DNA of 64,000 nucleotides from Felis catus (taxonomy: Eukaryota): positions 14,014,001 to 14,078,000 of the forward strand of contig NC_058369.1 of the NCBI RefSeq assembly GCF_018350175.1, given 5' to 3'. Of the stretch, positions 21,091 through 32,620 are shown piece by piece. The position numbers and the translations under genes were made by a program. Within the stretch, counting starts at the first letter, position 1. Each line of letters begins with the position of its first letter. Under the pieces are notes generated by a model, which did not search any database, was not told where the DNA came from, and saw nothing but the letters and a program-made list of their open reading frames with translations.

Positions 21091-21419
21091 TAAGTAATCG
21101 TTATAACTAACATGGGACTCGGACTCACAACCCTGAGATCAGGAGTCACATGCTCTCTGACTGAGCCAGCCGGGCACCGCAGAAGACCTGATTTTCGACA
21201 GTCAACTTGCCCCCTTGGCCTGGAACATTTGGGACCATGGGGGTCTTGACCGTGGTGCTCCAAGCTGGGTCATACACAGTCCAGCAAGAAGAAGCTGTCC
21301 CAGGAATAATGGTGGCTCTCAGAGGTGACTGACGGCTATTCTTATCCCTATCATAGAGATGGAACAACCAAGTCCCAAGGGTGTGACAGCCCTTGTCCAG
21401 CAAATCCTTCATCTTAAAA

Positions 21420-21628
21420 AAAAATTTTTTTTTAATGTTTATTTATTTTTGAGAGGTGGGGCAGGGGCAGAGAGGGGTCGGGGGGTGGGGGGGACACAGA
21501 CTCCAAAGCAGGCTCCAGGCTCTGAGCTGTCAGCACAGAGCCCGACGTGGGGCCCGAACCCACGAATCCTGAGATCATGACCTGAGCCCAAGTCGGACGC
21601 TCAACCGGCTGAGCCCCCCAGGCGCCCC
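21420..21628 (-). mobile_element. SINEC_Fc
   Basis: Reverse-complement SINE. Confidence 0.9.
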
Positions 21629-22409
21629 AACGAATCCTCCACAGCTGTGAGGGCAGAACTGGCCTTGGCTTGTCCAACATTCAAGTCCCCAGCACTTGGC
21701 CCCGGGCTTAGTGCACAGTAGGTGTTTCAGAACTTGAGGATGATGTGGTTCTAGAACAATGCCCCATTTTCCAGATGGAAAACTGAATCACCTCTCATGG
21801 GTACAGAAAGACTGGGATCCAGCTTTCTGCCCTCTTGACCCCTGCCCCTGCTCCTGAACAGGCCCCTGGGCAAGTCTCAAGCCTTGTGGGCTGGCGGGGG
21901 TCCCGGGGCCCGGTTTTCCACCCGGTGCTGGGGTTGATGACGGGAGGGGCGAGGTCTCGGGCCTGGTGATTATTTTTTTAACCTTTGTTGCAGCCAGAGA
22001 CTCAAGGCGAAGCCATCCTGCCCCCCACACCCGGCCGGGCGGTGGCCAGCGAGGCCACACGGAGGCCTGACCCACTGGACGCCTGGCCGCTGGGCCTCCC
22101 CAGACCGCACGGTCACGGGACTGCGTCCAACTCCACATCTGGACTTTTTAATTTGGTCCCGGTTTCCAGCTGGAATAAAAGGGCCCGGGGCGGGCCCTGC
22201 CTGCTTGCACAAAAGTTGGGAGTAAAGGGCTTGGCCCGTGCCCCCTGCCTGCTTCTCCCCGGTGGACGCCATCCAGGCCCAGACATCAAAGGCCATTCTT
22301 TGCCTGCAAAGCCCACGGTTCCATCTGGAGTCTGGCCAGCCAGCCCAGGCACATGGGTCCAACCAGACACCACAAGCTCACGGCCAAGGTGGGGCTGTTG
22401 GTCCCTGAC

Positions 22410-23170
22410 GTCACCTCTCCAAGTCTTCCTGTCTCAGGCAGCGACCCCACCATTCACTCAGTGCTGGGCCTGAGACCTGGGTGGCGTCTGAGACTCCTCC
22501 CTGGCCCCCTCTGTCCAGTACTTCAATAGCTCTTGTCCCCTCGGCTTCCAAAATACACAAATCCAACCACTTCTCCTCCTCTGCCGTCCGGCCCCGGTGT
22601 CTGCCCTCCTGACTCCTGCCTGGACGCTGCCCCAGCCTCCTCCCCAAAGCAGCCACAGGGAATGTCTCAAAATCATAAATCGGATCGTGTTTCCCTCCCG
22701 CTCACACACCCTTCATGGTTCCCCATTTCTCTCAGAATAAAACCCACCTTCTCTCTGTGGCCTGCAAGGCCCCACGTGACGTGGCCTCAGCCCATCCCTC
22801 TGGCCTGTCTCCTCCTCCTTCACTCACTCTGCTCCAGCCATACGAGCCCCCTCCCTGTTCCTCCAGCTCCCGAGACCTTTCCTGCCCCCGGGGCCCCACG
22901 AGCCAGTCATCCTTCCTATCTGGAATGCTCATCCTCTATGTTTACAAGATACTTTCCTATCACCCTTCAAACCTTAGCTTAAATGTTACCACCTCAGGAG
23001 GTCTCCCCCAACCCCTGCGCATAAATACCACCACCCAACTTTCTTCCAAATACTCTCCAATCTTTGAAATTGTCATCTTTGTATGTTCATGCCGACACAC
23101 ACTGTGTTTTACCGTCCCCCCCCACCGCCCCCGCCCAAGTGCACCCCGTTGTGCCTGGCACGTTGTAGGT
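22410..23170 (+). mobile_element. Degenerate L2 fragment
   Basis: ggcttccaaaatacacaaatccaaccacttctc...cactctgctccagcca...gtgcctggcac. Confidence 0.6.
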
Positions 23171-24390
23171 GGGGTTGTGTCTTCCTGGGCACAAAGGGAC
23201 ATACCGGTCCCAATGACAAAGTTGGAGAGGCATCTACCCCTCCGAGGTCCCCTCACTCCCCGCAGCCACACCCCAGGATTTATAACCAAGAACTGCTCTC
23301 AGTACTTGCCAGGGTGGGTGCAGCCGTGATGGGGAATACACAGGTAGCCGTGGGGGGCCAGGAAGAGGCACCTGTAAGCTCCAGTTTGAAGGAAGGGTAA
23401 GGGTAAGCCAGGTCAGAGGCCACAGAGGGTGCTTGGGGTGGTAGGCGTCAGTGTGAGCAGAGGCCTGGAGGTGACAGAGAACAAGGAGGCGTTCTTGGAT
23501 CTGGTGGGGCCCAGCTCACCTGGGGTAGTGGAGCCGGATGGTCTGGCAGCACGCGGAATGACGGTGTCTGGATTCCATCCCAGGGCAGTGGGGAGCCATA
23601 GGAGGTGAATGAGCAGAAGGCACATAAGACCCGTACCCCCGTGGCCCTGTGCCGGGCCCTGGGAGGCTCCCTCCCCAGACCTCAGCACCCTGTGGGCTCA
23701 ACATGCTCATGCTTGCTGAGAACATCTCCAAACAGCCTTATGCAAATTCCTGCGGAAAGCTGTCTCCGACCGGTGAGGCCACCCGCCGTGGCCGCCACCA
23801 CAAGGCTCAGGGAGGTCCGTCAGTCCGAGGGATCCTCCCAGAACCCAGATAACGCACTGACAAGCTGCCTGGCTCTGCCCGGGGTCCCTTGGACTCCCCT
23901 CAGGACAGTTGGGTCCCCCCAAAGCCCCGGGTCTAGCCACCCCCTCTCAGCCCTCAGTGGATGCTGAAGACCTCTCTCCTTGTTCCCCTGGAATTTTCCT
24001 TACAGGCCCTGCCAACGCCTCCAGGAACATATTAAAGGAAAATGTTTCCAGCCCAAGCAGGGCTGTTTTATGGCTCTCGAGGCCAGGAGTCTGACCGCAG
24101 AGTGGAAAGGCCTTGTCACCCCACTGTTCCTTCTGCAGAGTGGCTCAGACCCCCACCCGCCCTCCTTTGGCCTCCTCGGAGGCCCGGGTTCTGCAGATTC
24201 TCCGGCTAAGCAAACCCCCCTCACCCCTGTCCCCCAGACTGGGGAACAATTCCCTAGAGGCTTGGGCTCAAGCCGGGAGCTGCTATATTTTCCATTGTGT
24301 ATTCACTCAACAAACACCTGCTGTTCTCTCGCTGTGCACCGGTCCCTGTCAGGTGCTGGGGACAGAGTGGGAACAAGAGGGACCCGTCCT

Positions 24391-24625
24391 GGGACTCCTG
24401 GGTGGCTCTTAAGCATCTGACTCTTGATCTCAGCTAAGGTCATGATCTCATGGTTCAGGAGTTTGAGCCGCACGTAGGTCTCAGCGCTGACAGTGCGGAG
24501 CCTGCTTGGGATTCTCTCTCCCCCCTTTCTCTTTCCCTTCCTCACTTGTGCTCTCCCTCTCTCTCTCTCTCTCTCTCACTCTCTCTCTTTCTCAAAATAA
24601 ATAAAATAAACTTTAAAAAAAAAAG
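24391..24625 (+). mobile_element. SINEC
   Basis: SINE body, CT tract, A tail. Confidence 0.88.
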
Positions 24626-24669
24626 AAGAAGAAGAAGGGACTCATCCTGCCAGAGCCCTTGATGATCCC

Positions 24670-24870
24670 AAGACAGTGCAATGGACATTGTTGCATCTCA
24701 ACGTGGCTAAGCTGTTAAGTCGTCAACACCGGCCTGGGTGTTGCCGTGGAGACATTTTGGTAGATGTGATTAACATCCACACCAGTTGGCCCTAAGGAAT
24801 TGGGGTGGGCCTCATCCAGTAGGCTGAAAGGTCTCAAGGGCAAAACTGAAGTTTCCCTCTTGTCCAAGAT
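24670..24870 (+). mobile_element. MLT2/ERV-L-type LTR fragment
   Basis: tagatgtgattaacatc...gggtgggcctcatccagtaggctgaaagg...aaaactgaagtttccc. Confidence 0.6.
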
Positions 24871-25186
24871 GAAGCCAGACCCTAGCTAAAGTCAGGACAT
24901 ACTCTTGCAATAAGAAAAGGGCCCAGTGTGGCGTGACCTCAACATCAATTTGGCTTTCACAGGGAGAATGGGGGAACAGGGAAGTGGGCTTCATAGACAG
25001 AGAAATGAGCAAAATGCTGGCAGCAAGGAGGGCTTGGTCCTTGTGAAACCCATCTGGGTTTGCTAAGGGATGCTTCTTGAAGTTTCGCTCCTACACCCCC
25101 CAGAGGCTGGGAGACGGGGCTTGCCTTCGGGTATTGCTGGAACAAAGGGCTGGTTCCTTGAGCAGCCTTTAAAATTAAAAAGTTGA

Positions 25187-25312
25187 GGGGCGTCTGGGTG
25201 GCTCAGTCGGTTAAGCGGCTGCCTTTGGCTCAGGTCATGATCTCGCGGTTTGTGGGTTCAAGCCCCGCGTCGGGCCCTGTGCTGACAGTTCAGAGCCTGC
25301 AGCCTGCTCTGA
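25187..25312 (+). mobile_element. 3'-truncated SINEC_Fc
   Basis: Head present, no CT tract or tail. Confidence 0.85.
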
Positions 25313-25319
25313 GCACATA

Positions 25320-25880
25320 GGCACAAGCCAGTGGCTGCCGTCCAGCCTCGTGCAGGGGCGTCTGAAGGGCAGTGGAAAGGCACCCTTCCCCGTAAGCAGA
25401 TCTGTGAGGGAGCCCCTGAGCCCCCCACTTTGTGGGAGGGGGAGGTGACCTAGGATGAGAGCTTACATGGATTCCTGGGCCGGGGCCATAAGGAAAAAGA
25501 CAGAGACACGGAAGTCAGGGGTAGAGGCATCCACGGGCGAACGGGACTGGACCAGGCGTGAGGATTTTCGTATCAGCATCAACACCTTCCAGAAAGCATC
25601 CACCATGAAGGGGCTCGGAGCAACCACACAGACCACATGACTCAGCCAGGTGATGTTGGCTGCCTTCATCATTTGTCACGTGAGAGGCTCATGAACGGAG
25701 GGGTCATGGGGCAGAAACGGGCGACGCATAGGTCAGCAGCAGGCACTCCCGCTTACAATGATGATCCGGCTACCACTGCTTCTGGAATAGTCCTGCTTAT
25801 CAGCGACAGAGAGCAGGGCCGGAATAGGAGCACTCCTTCAACCTGGCCTGAACCTTCTCATGGCTCCCACCCCAAGCTTC
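25320..25880 (+). mobile_element. Decayed ERV-L internal (RNase H/integrase-proximal) fragment
   Basis: Resembles the reverse complement of the ERV-L segment at about 34200-35050. Confidence 0.45.
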
Positions 25881-26239
25881 TCCCCAACCCCCCTTCGTCC
25901 CCTCCTTCTCGGGGTGGCAGCTGAGTGGTCTAATGGCCCTGCCAACCTCCACCAGCTCCCACAAACCTCTAGCACATCTACTCCCTTCTAGGTGCGTCTG
26001 GATACAAGGTCCTTCCACAGACATCATCCATTCTCGGAATGACCCGTGTCCACCTCTCACACCTCTGCGCACATGGGGTCCGCGGGGGGGGGGGGTCACT
26101 TCCTCTATTCCGGCATGCCCCGTGACTCTTTTTTCACTTACAACATATCCTGCAGGTAACACCTTATCGATTCTCCGAGCACTCTCTGTCCTCTTTTTGT
26201 TGAGATGATATTTACATAACATCCAATTCACCATTACAA

Positions 26240-26459
26240 TTTTTTTTTTCATTTTACATTTATTTAGTTTTGAGAAACAGAGTGAGACAAAGCGTGAGTG
26301 GGGGAGGGGCAGGGAGAGAGGGAGACACAGAATCCGAAGCAGACTCCGGGCTCTGAGCTGTCGGCCCAGAGCCCGATGCGGAGCTCGAACCCACGAACTG
26401 TGAGATCGTGACCTGAGCCGAACTCGGACGCGCGACCGGCTGAGCCACCCAGGTGCCCC
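26240..26459 (-). mobile_element. SINEC_Fc, left arm of inverted pair
   Basis: Reverse-complement SINE. Confidence 0.93.
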
Positions 26460-26489
26460 TGAATCTTCTGCTTTAAAATGGTGAGTTGT

Positions 26490-26694
26490 GGGGCGCCTGG
26501 GTGGCTCAGTAGGTCGCGCGTCCGAGTTCGGCTCAGGTCACGATCTCACAGTTCGTGGGTTCGAGCTCCGCATCGGGCTCTGGGCCGACAGCTCAGAGCC
26601 CGGAGTCTGCTTCGGATTCTGTGTCTCCCTCTCTCCCTGCCCCTCCCCCACTCGTGCTCTGTCTCTCTCTGTCTCTGAAAAATAAATAAATGTT
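26490..26694 (+). mobile_element. SINEC_Fc, right arm of inverted pair
   Basis: Head-to-head with the previous element, 30-nt spacer. Confidence 0.93.
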
Positions 26695-26709
26695 AAAACC
26701 GACCAACCA

Positions 26710-26928
26710 GGGGCGCCTGGGTGGCGCAGTCGGTTAAGCGTCCGACTTCAGCCAGGTCACGATCTCGCGCTCCGTGAGTTCGAGCCCCGCGTCGGGCTCT
26801 GGGCTGATGGCTCAGAGCCTGGAGCCTGTTTCCGATTCTGTGTCTTCCTCTCTCTCTGCCCCTCCCCCATTCATGCTCTGTCTCTCTCTGTCCCAAAAAT
26901 AAATAAACGTTGAAAAAAAAAAATCTTT
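26710..26928 (+). mobile_element. Young SINEC_Fc
   Basis: TSD aaaaccgaccaacca at 26695-26709 and 26929-26943. Confidence 0.95.
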
Positions 26929-28579
26929 AAAACCGACCAACCAACAGACAAACTTCCGGGAGGCAACGCTGGGTCTTTTCCGCTTTAGATGATGATCGTC
27001 CTAGTGGGTGTGATGTGGTCCGTTTTCCTTTTGATTCGTTTGGTAACCCCTCAAACACGATACACCAGCTCCTGGCTCCTGAGGACCCTGCTTATCCACC
27101 TCTCTGCTAGAAGAGGCCACACAGCTATCTGGGGACCGGTGGCAGTGACATGCCGTCGGGGCCCACGAGAAGGGGCTAATTTCCCACCCCGACACCTTCT
27201 AAAATGGCCACAGCGGAATCCCAGCCCAGACATTTCCCAGCCTGCAGCCTCGTGCGAGGCTCGAAGGGGGTCCCCAGGGACTGCCTTTCCTCCTCGGAGC
27301 CTTGCCACCCACAATCGGAGCCTTGAGTCTCTGTGGGAACCGAGCTTCGAGGCCAAGCCCAAACCCACCTCTCCAGACACCCCAGCACATCCCCTAAAAA
27401 AGCAACGTATGGTCAAATTAGAATCAAGGTGGCCGCCAGCTGTCCTCCCACCCGAGGCCTGCTGTGACCCATCGTCACCTTCAAAGAGGCCGTTCAGGGA
27501 GCAGAGAAGAGCTATAAAATACACACACATGCCTATTTTTCTTTTTCCCACCAGCATCGCTGGGGCCTTGGCCACACATCCATGTTTCACAAAGAACTCC
27601 TTTGAAGCAAGAATGGGGCCCCAGAGGGGCGCCCACAGACACCCACAAGAGCCCACTGTTCTTGGGGGGGGCCCTAATTGGGGTCCAGGTTTGCCGGAGC
27701 TGGCCCTGTCTCAGCAAGGGCAGGGTGAGGGCCACATCTGCGGAAGCCGGGACCCCAACGAGAGGGGCTTGCAAAAAAGGCTGGCGGCTGGGCTGGGAGA
27801 AGTGGCTGCAGTCCCAAGTAGCCTTCCCCCGGAGTTGTGGAACTTCCCTGTGGCCACGGCCGCTGCTTACCCTTGAGGGACCTCTCTTGGTGCGAGAGAA
27901 GAATGCCAGTTTCCTGGACTCGCAGGCTGGCAGGGAACTCGAGGAGGGGCTGGACCAGGATGTGGGGCAGAGCTCTGAATTCGGGACTGGCGGGTGGATT
28001 CAGGAGTACAGCCCACGCTGGCTTAAGTCACCAAGTGGGATGGGCCCGGACCGGCCAAGACCTACGGGGGGGACCCAGCCAGGGGTCAAGAGAGAGAGAG
28101 ACACCATACGCACCCGTGGTGGAAACCCGATGGGACTTTGGCATGGTCTGAAATGAATTTTTTTTTTTTTAATTTCAATGATGAGTTGTTAAAATGTGGA
28201 CAAAGCAAAGCAGAGCTGAGCATTCGCCACGGGCCAGTGCTTGATGGCTGCGGGCTGGGTGCTGCCCTAAGTTATACTCCGTGGGGTGTTGGGGCCACTA
28301 GAATCCCATTTCACAGGTGAGGCATCGGGAGGCGGAGACATCGGAGAGAGGTCACACACACAGCAAGCCAGTGGCGGGGCAGGGATGTGAATCCGGGCCT
28401 GCTCTAGCTAGCTCACCGACGGGCTGCCCTCCGTGGCCAGAGTGAACGATCTGATGCATTTGGCGTAGCTGTCCCCGTGGCGAAGACAGCGAACCCAGCC
28501 GTCGCTCCCAAACGTTCCCTCCTGCCCTTTGTCGTGCCTCTCTCTCGCCTCTCCTCGGGCCACCTCCGATCTGTTTTCT

Positions 28580-29010
28580 GGCAGTTGACCTCACGTTCCA
28601 CTTTCTATAATGGCAAATAAACGGAACCTTGCAGTACGTGACCTTTTGGGTCTGCCTTCTTTCATTCTGCGTAATGCCCTGAAGGCGCATCTGCGCTGTG
28701 GTGAGTGTCCCTAGTTCATTGTGGTTCATCCATTGCCCGGATGACGGACATTGGGCTTGTTCCCATAGGGGACGATGCTGTGAGCATTCATGTCCCAGAT
28801 CTCTGATGGGCACCCGCTTTCGTTTCTGTCAGGGAGACACCAAGGAGGGAAGAGTCGGGCCCCGTGGTGGGTCCGTCACTACCTTTTGCGGAAATTGCCA
28901 ACCTGCCTCTTCAAGCCACTGGGCCGTTTTGCGTTTCTAGCAGCCCGCGTGCCAGAGAGTTCTGTTTCTCCTCATCCTTGCCATCACTTCCTCGTGTCTG
29001 CTTTTTTCAT
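28580..29010 (-). mobile_element. Degenerate L1 3' fragment
   Basis: gtacgtgaccttttgggtctgccttctttcattc...gatgacggacattgggcttgttccc. Confidence 0.6.
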
Positions 29011-29142
29011 GTCACCGTCCGGGCAGGAGATCAGGGTCGACCTTATGTCCTGGGTTGTGAGGCTCCAGGTGGTTTTATATTCCACTCTTCTGTGTTGTCT
29101 GATTTTTTCTTTCTTTGTCAGCAGCAAGAATATGCTGAGAAC

Positions 29143-29393
29143 GGAGGCACCCGGGTGGTTTGGTCGAAGTTTAAGCGTCCAACTTCAGCTCAGGTCATGA
29201 TCTCGCGGTCCGTGAGTTCGAGCCCCGCGTCGGGCTCTGGGCTGATGGCTCAGAGCCTGGAGCCTGTTTCCGATTCTGTGTCTCCCTCTCTCTCTCTGCC
29301 CCTCCCCCGTTCATGCTCTGTCTCTCTCTGTCCCAAAAATAAATAAACGTTGAAAAAAAATTAAAAAATAAATAAAAAATAAAAATAAAAAAA
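29143..29393 (+). mobile_element. SINEC_Fc with diverged 5' part and young 3' part
   Basis: TSD aagaatatgct at 29126-29136 and 29392-29402. Confidence 0.92.
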
Positions 29394-29688
29394 GAATATG
29401 CTACTTTCACCGTCAGGGACCCTCTGTCTCATACACACAAACCTGGTTTTCTCCCAAACAGGAAAAACAAACAAAGATTGAATGCCAACTGAACAGCTGC
29501 TTAGTTTTACTTGAAAGTTGCATGAAAGGCCCAGGGTTTCCTTTTAAAGTGACGAAAATGTTCTGGAACTGGATAGAGCCGATGGTTGCACAACGTCATG
29601 AATGCACCAAATGCCACTGAATTGTCCACTTTAGAATTGCTAAGGCGGTAAAGTTTATGTTATGTGAATTTTTTCAATTCAATCTTTT

Positions 29689-29921
29689 ATTTTTTTTAAT
29701 ATTTTTTTTCAACGTTTATTTATTTTTGGGACAGAGAAAGACAGAGCATGAACGGGGGAGGGGCAGAGAGAGAGGGAGACACAGAATCGGAAACAGGCTC
29801 CAGGCTCCGAGCCATCAGCCCAGAGCCCGACGCGGGGCTCGAACTCCCGGACCTCACGGACCGCGAGATCGTGACCTGGCTGAAGTCGGACGCTCAACCG
29901 ACTGCGCCACCCAGGCGCCCC
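29689..29921 (-). mobile_element. Young SINEC_Fc inside an L1 fragment
   Basis: TSD ttcaattcaatctttt at 29673-29688 and 29922-29937. Confidence 0.95.
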
Positions 29922-30489
29922 TTCAATTCAATCTTTTAAAAAGTTGCGTCAGAATAACCTGGATATCTCAGTGCGATACCACTTCGCATCCAGCTGTTTG
30001 GAAAAAATGACCAAGTGAGATGATACCCAGCGTGGTGAGAATGGGGGTCCTGGGGAACCTCACAGATGGGGCCGGAAGGGGTTGCTGGTGTTACGGTGGC
30101 CGTGCTGAACCAGGAGCCGGTTCCCCCGCTTCCAGTGGAATATTCACCTGCCCTGCAATTTGGCCGAGAGAAGTTGCTGGATATGTTGGAGGTGTCCACA
30201 GCTGGGCAAACATGGCTCAATGCTGATTAGAGGAGACCAGAAAGCCATCAGAAGCCTTGAGAAATGGGCACCAACATGGCCACAGCTCAGAAATAGAATC
30301 ACCACGTGAGAAAGAGTAAGTGTCCCTAAGATCACAGACAGCACGATGACCTTTATAAAGTTAAACACAATCCAGCTAAAAATGGACATGCATTTGTAGT
30401 AACACATAGAGTTACCCGCCTCCCCCCCCCCCCCACCAAATAGAGCATAAGTTGAATGGAGGGTTCTAGATGAAGGGTACCTGGTGGGG

Positions 30490-30770
30490 GTATTAGTTTT
30501 CTGGGGCTGCTGTAACAAGTCACGCCAGACTGGGTGGCTTTTAGGCCATGAATTTATCTTCTCATGGTGTCAGCAGGGCCGTGCTCCTGCCAAAGCCAGA
30601 GGATGCTTCCTGGTCTCTTCCAGCCTGTGGGGGCCCCAGGTATTCTCTGGCTTGTGGTCCCATCATTCCAAACTCCGCCTCTGTGTCCACATGACCTTCT
30701 CGCACATCTATAGGTCCTGGGGGGGCAGGACTTGGCCATATCTCTGGGGGGAACACCATTCAACCTATTA
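30490..30770. mobile_element. MLT1-type LTR fragment
   Basis: tattagttttctggggctgctgtaacaag...gggtggctt start; ggggaacaccattcaacctat end. Confidence 0.7.
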
Positions 30771-30804
30771 TAGGAAGCAAATGTTAATTTTTGCTTGTTA
30801 GAGG

Positions 30805-31012
30805 TTTTTTTTCAAAGTTTATTTATTTATTATTGAGAGAGAGAGAGAGAGAGGATGTGCACACAAGCGGGGCAGGGGCAGAGAGAGAGAGAATCCCAAG
30901 CGGGTTCTGCACTGTCAGTGTGGTGCCTGATGCAGGGCTCAAACTCATGAACTGCAAGATCATGCCCTGAGCCGAAGTCTGACACTTGACGGATTGAGCC
31001 ACCCAGGCATCC
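30805..31012 (-). mobile_element. SINEC
   Basis: Reverse-complement SINE. Confidence 0.88.
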
Positions 31013-31029
31013 TTCGCTTGTTAGATTTT

Positions 31030-31254
31030 TATTTAAAAAAAATTTTTTTTTAACGTTTATTTATTTTTGAGAGAGAGAGAGACAGAGCATGAACGGGGGA
31101 GGGTCAGAGAGAGAGGGAATCACAGAATCTGAAACAGGCTCCAGGCTCTGAGCCATCAGCACAGAGCCTGATGCAGGGCTTGAACTCACGAACCGTGAGA
31201 TCGTGACCTGAGCCGAAGTCAGCTGCTTAACCGACTGAGCCACCCAGGCGCCCC
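31030..31254 (-). mobile_element. SINEC_Fc
   Basis: Reverse-complement SINE; TSD gcttgttagattttt. Confidence 0.92.
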
Positions 31255-31789
31255 GCTTGTTAGATTTTTAAACAACCAGTAACCAAGTCAACAAAAGTGG
31301 TCACAGAACTCCCAGTGATGAGAATATGGCCAAACCAAGCATTATTTTTTCTTATCCTTTCCATGTGACATCCTAAAAAAAAAAAAAAAAAAAAGCCCTC
31401 AGGGGTTGGGGGGGGGGTGGCGTGGAGGGGTCAGTGTTAACAATGCAGGTATCTGGGACCATCCAGAACCTTCTCAATCTAGAGTGCCTGGTGGGGGGCG
31501 GGGTGGGCTCCTTGGAGATTGAGTCCTTCAAATCTGAGATGCCTGCAGCAAGGGGGATACCCAGCCCCTTTGAAACGCCTCATGGTTCCCTTCTGGGCCA
31601 ATTTCTCCTGGACCATTTTTAAGACTATCCAGGCTAATCCCACCCCAACTCCCCTAGCGTTGGATTTCTAAAGCAGTGTGTTTCACTGCTCTGAGCCTCG
31701 GTTTCCACTCCCGGAAAAACGGGCCAGTGCCACCAACTCGCTGGTCGTCCGGTGATGCTGTCCCCATGTTTGTTTCACAGCAGGAGAAT

Positions 31790-31897
31790 AGTACTTTTCA
31801 CATTTGGGGCCAGATTTCATGTTGAGGTTGAGGGGACTGACCTGTGGGTTGTAGGACACTTAGCAGCATCCCTGGCCTCTACCCACTAGATGCCAGT
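31790..31897. mobile_element. MER20-like DNA transposon fragment
   Basis: tagcagcatccctggcctctacccactagatgccagt. Confidence 0.65.
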
Positions 31898-31898
31898 G

Positions 31899-32030
31899 TA
31901 GAGTTGCTAGATTCAGCAAATACAAATACAGGACGCCCAGGGCAAATCTGAATTTCCGATGAACGTATAATAATTTTTTTAGCCTAAGCGTATTCCAAAT
32001 ATTGCATGGCACATACTTACACTAAAAAAA
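31899..32030. mobile_element. MER53-like DNA element fragment with central palindrome
   Basis: gttgctagat...aatacaggacgcccag...tgaatttc...ccaaatattgcatgg. Confidence 0.7.
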
Positions 32031-32620
32031 CATTGACAAGCGTGCCAAGACAATTCAGTGGGGAAAGAACAATCTTTTCAACAAATGGTGCCGGGACATC
32101 CGGATGTCCACGTGCAAAAGAATGAGGTTGGACCCCTACCATATAGACCTTGGATATCTGTGACCTTGGATGAGGCAATAGTCCCTTAGTTGGTTATAAA
32201 AAGCACAGTCAACAAAACAGAAAACAGGTAGGGTAGACTTTACCAAAATTTAAAACATTTCTGCTATGACAAATACCGTCAGGAGAGTGAAAAAAGACAA
32301 GCCACAGACTGGGAGAAAACATTTGCAAAGCACACGTCTGACAAGGGACTTGTATCCAGAATGCAGAAAGAACTCTTACAATGCTAATAAAAATATAAAT
32401 AATTTAAAAGAGACAAAGGACTTGAATAGACATTTCTCCTCCAGAAAACAACCTTAAAACAATTGGAGGACTCACACTTCCTGATTTTGGAAATTACTAA
32501 AAAACCACGGTAATCGGGATGGAGGGGCTCTAGCATGCGAACAAATATATTAATGCAACAGGCTGGGGAATCCAGAAATAAAGCCTGAAGTTCGTGATCC
32601 GTTGATTTTCACGAAGGGTG
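32031..32620 (+). mobile_element. L1 ORF2 fragments
   Basis: gccaagacaattcagtggggaaagaacaatcttttcaacaaatggtg; gactgggagaaaacatttgcaa. Confidence 0.8.

Noticed and set aside
27512..27545. TATAAAA and MEF2-like AT motifs
   Set aside because: No exact MEF2 consensus and no downstream gene structure
26989..27876. 295-aa plus-strand ORF with an ATG start
   Set aside because: No recognisable homology or composition signal; overlapping ORFs on both strands are typical of GC-rich non-coding DNA. BLASTp or PhyloCSF would settle it.
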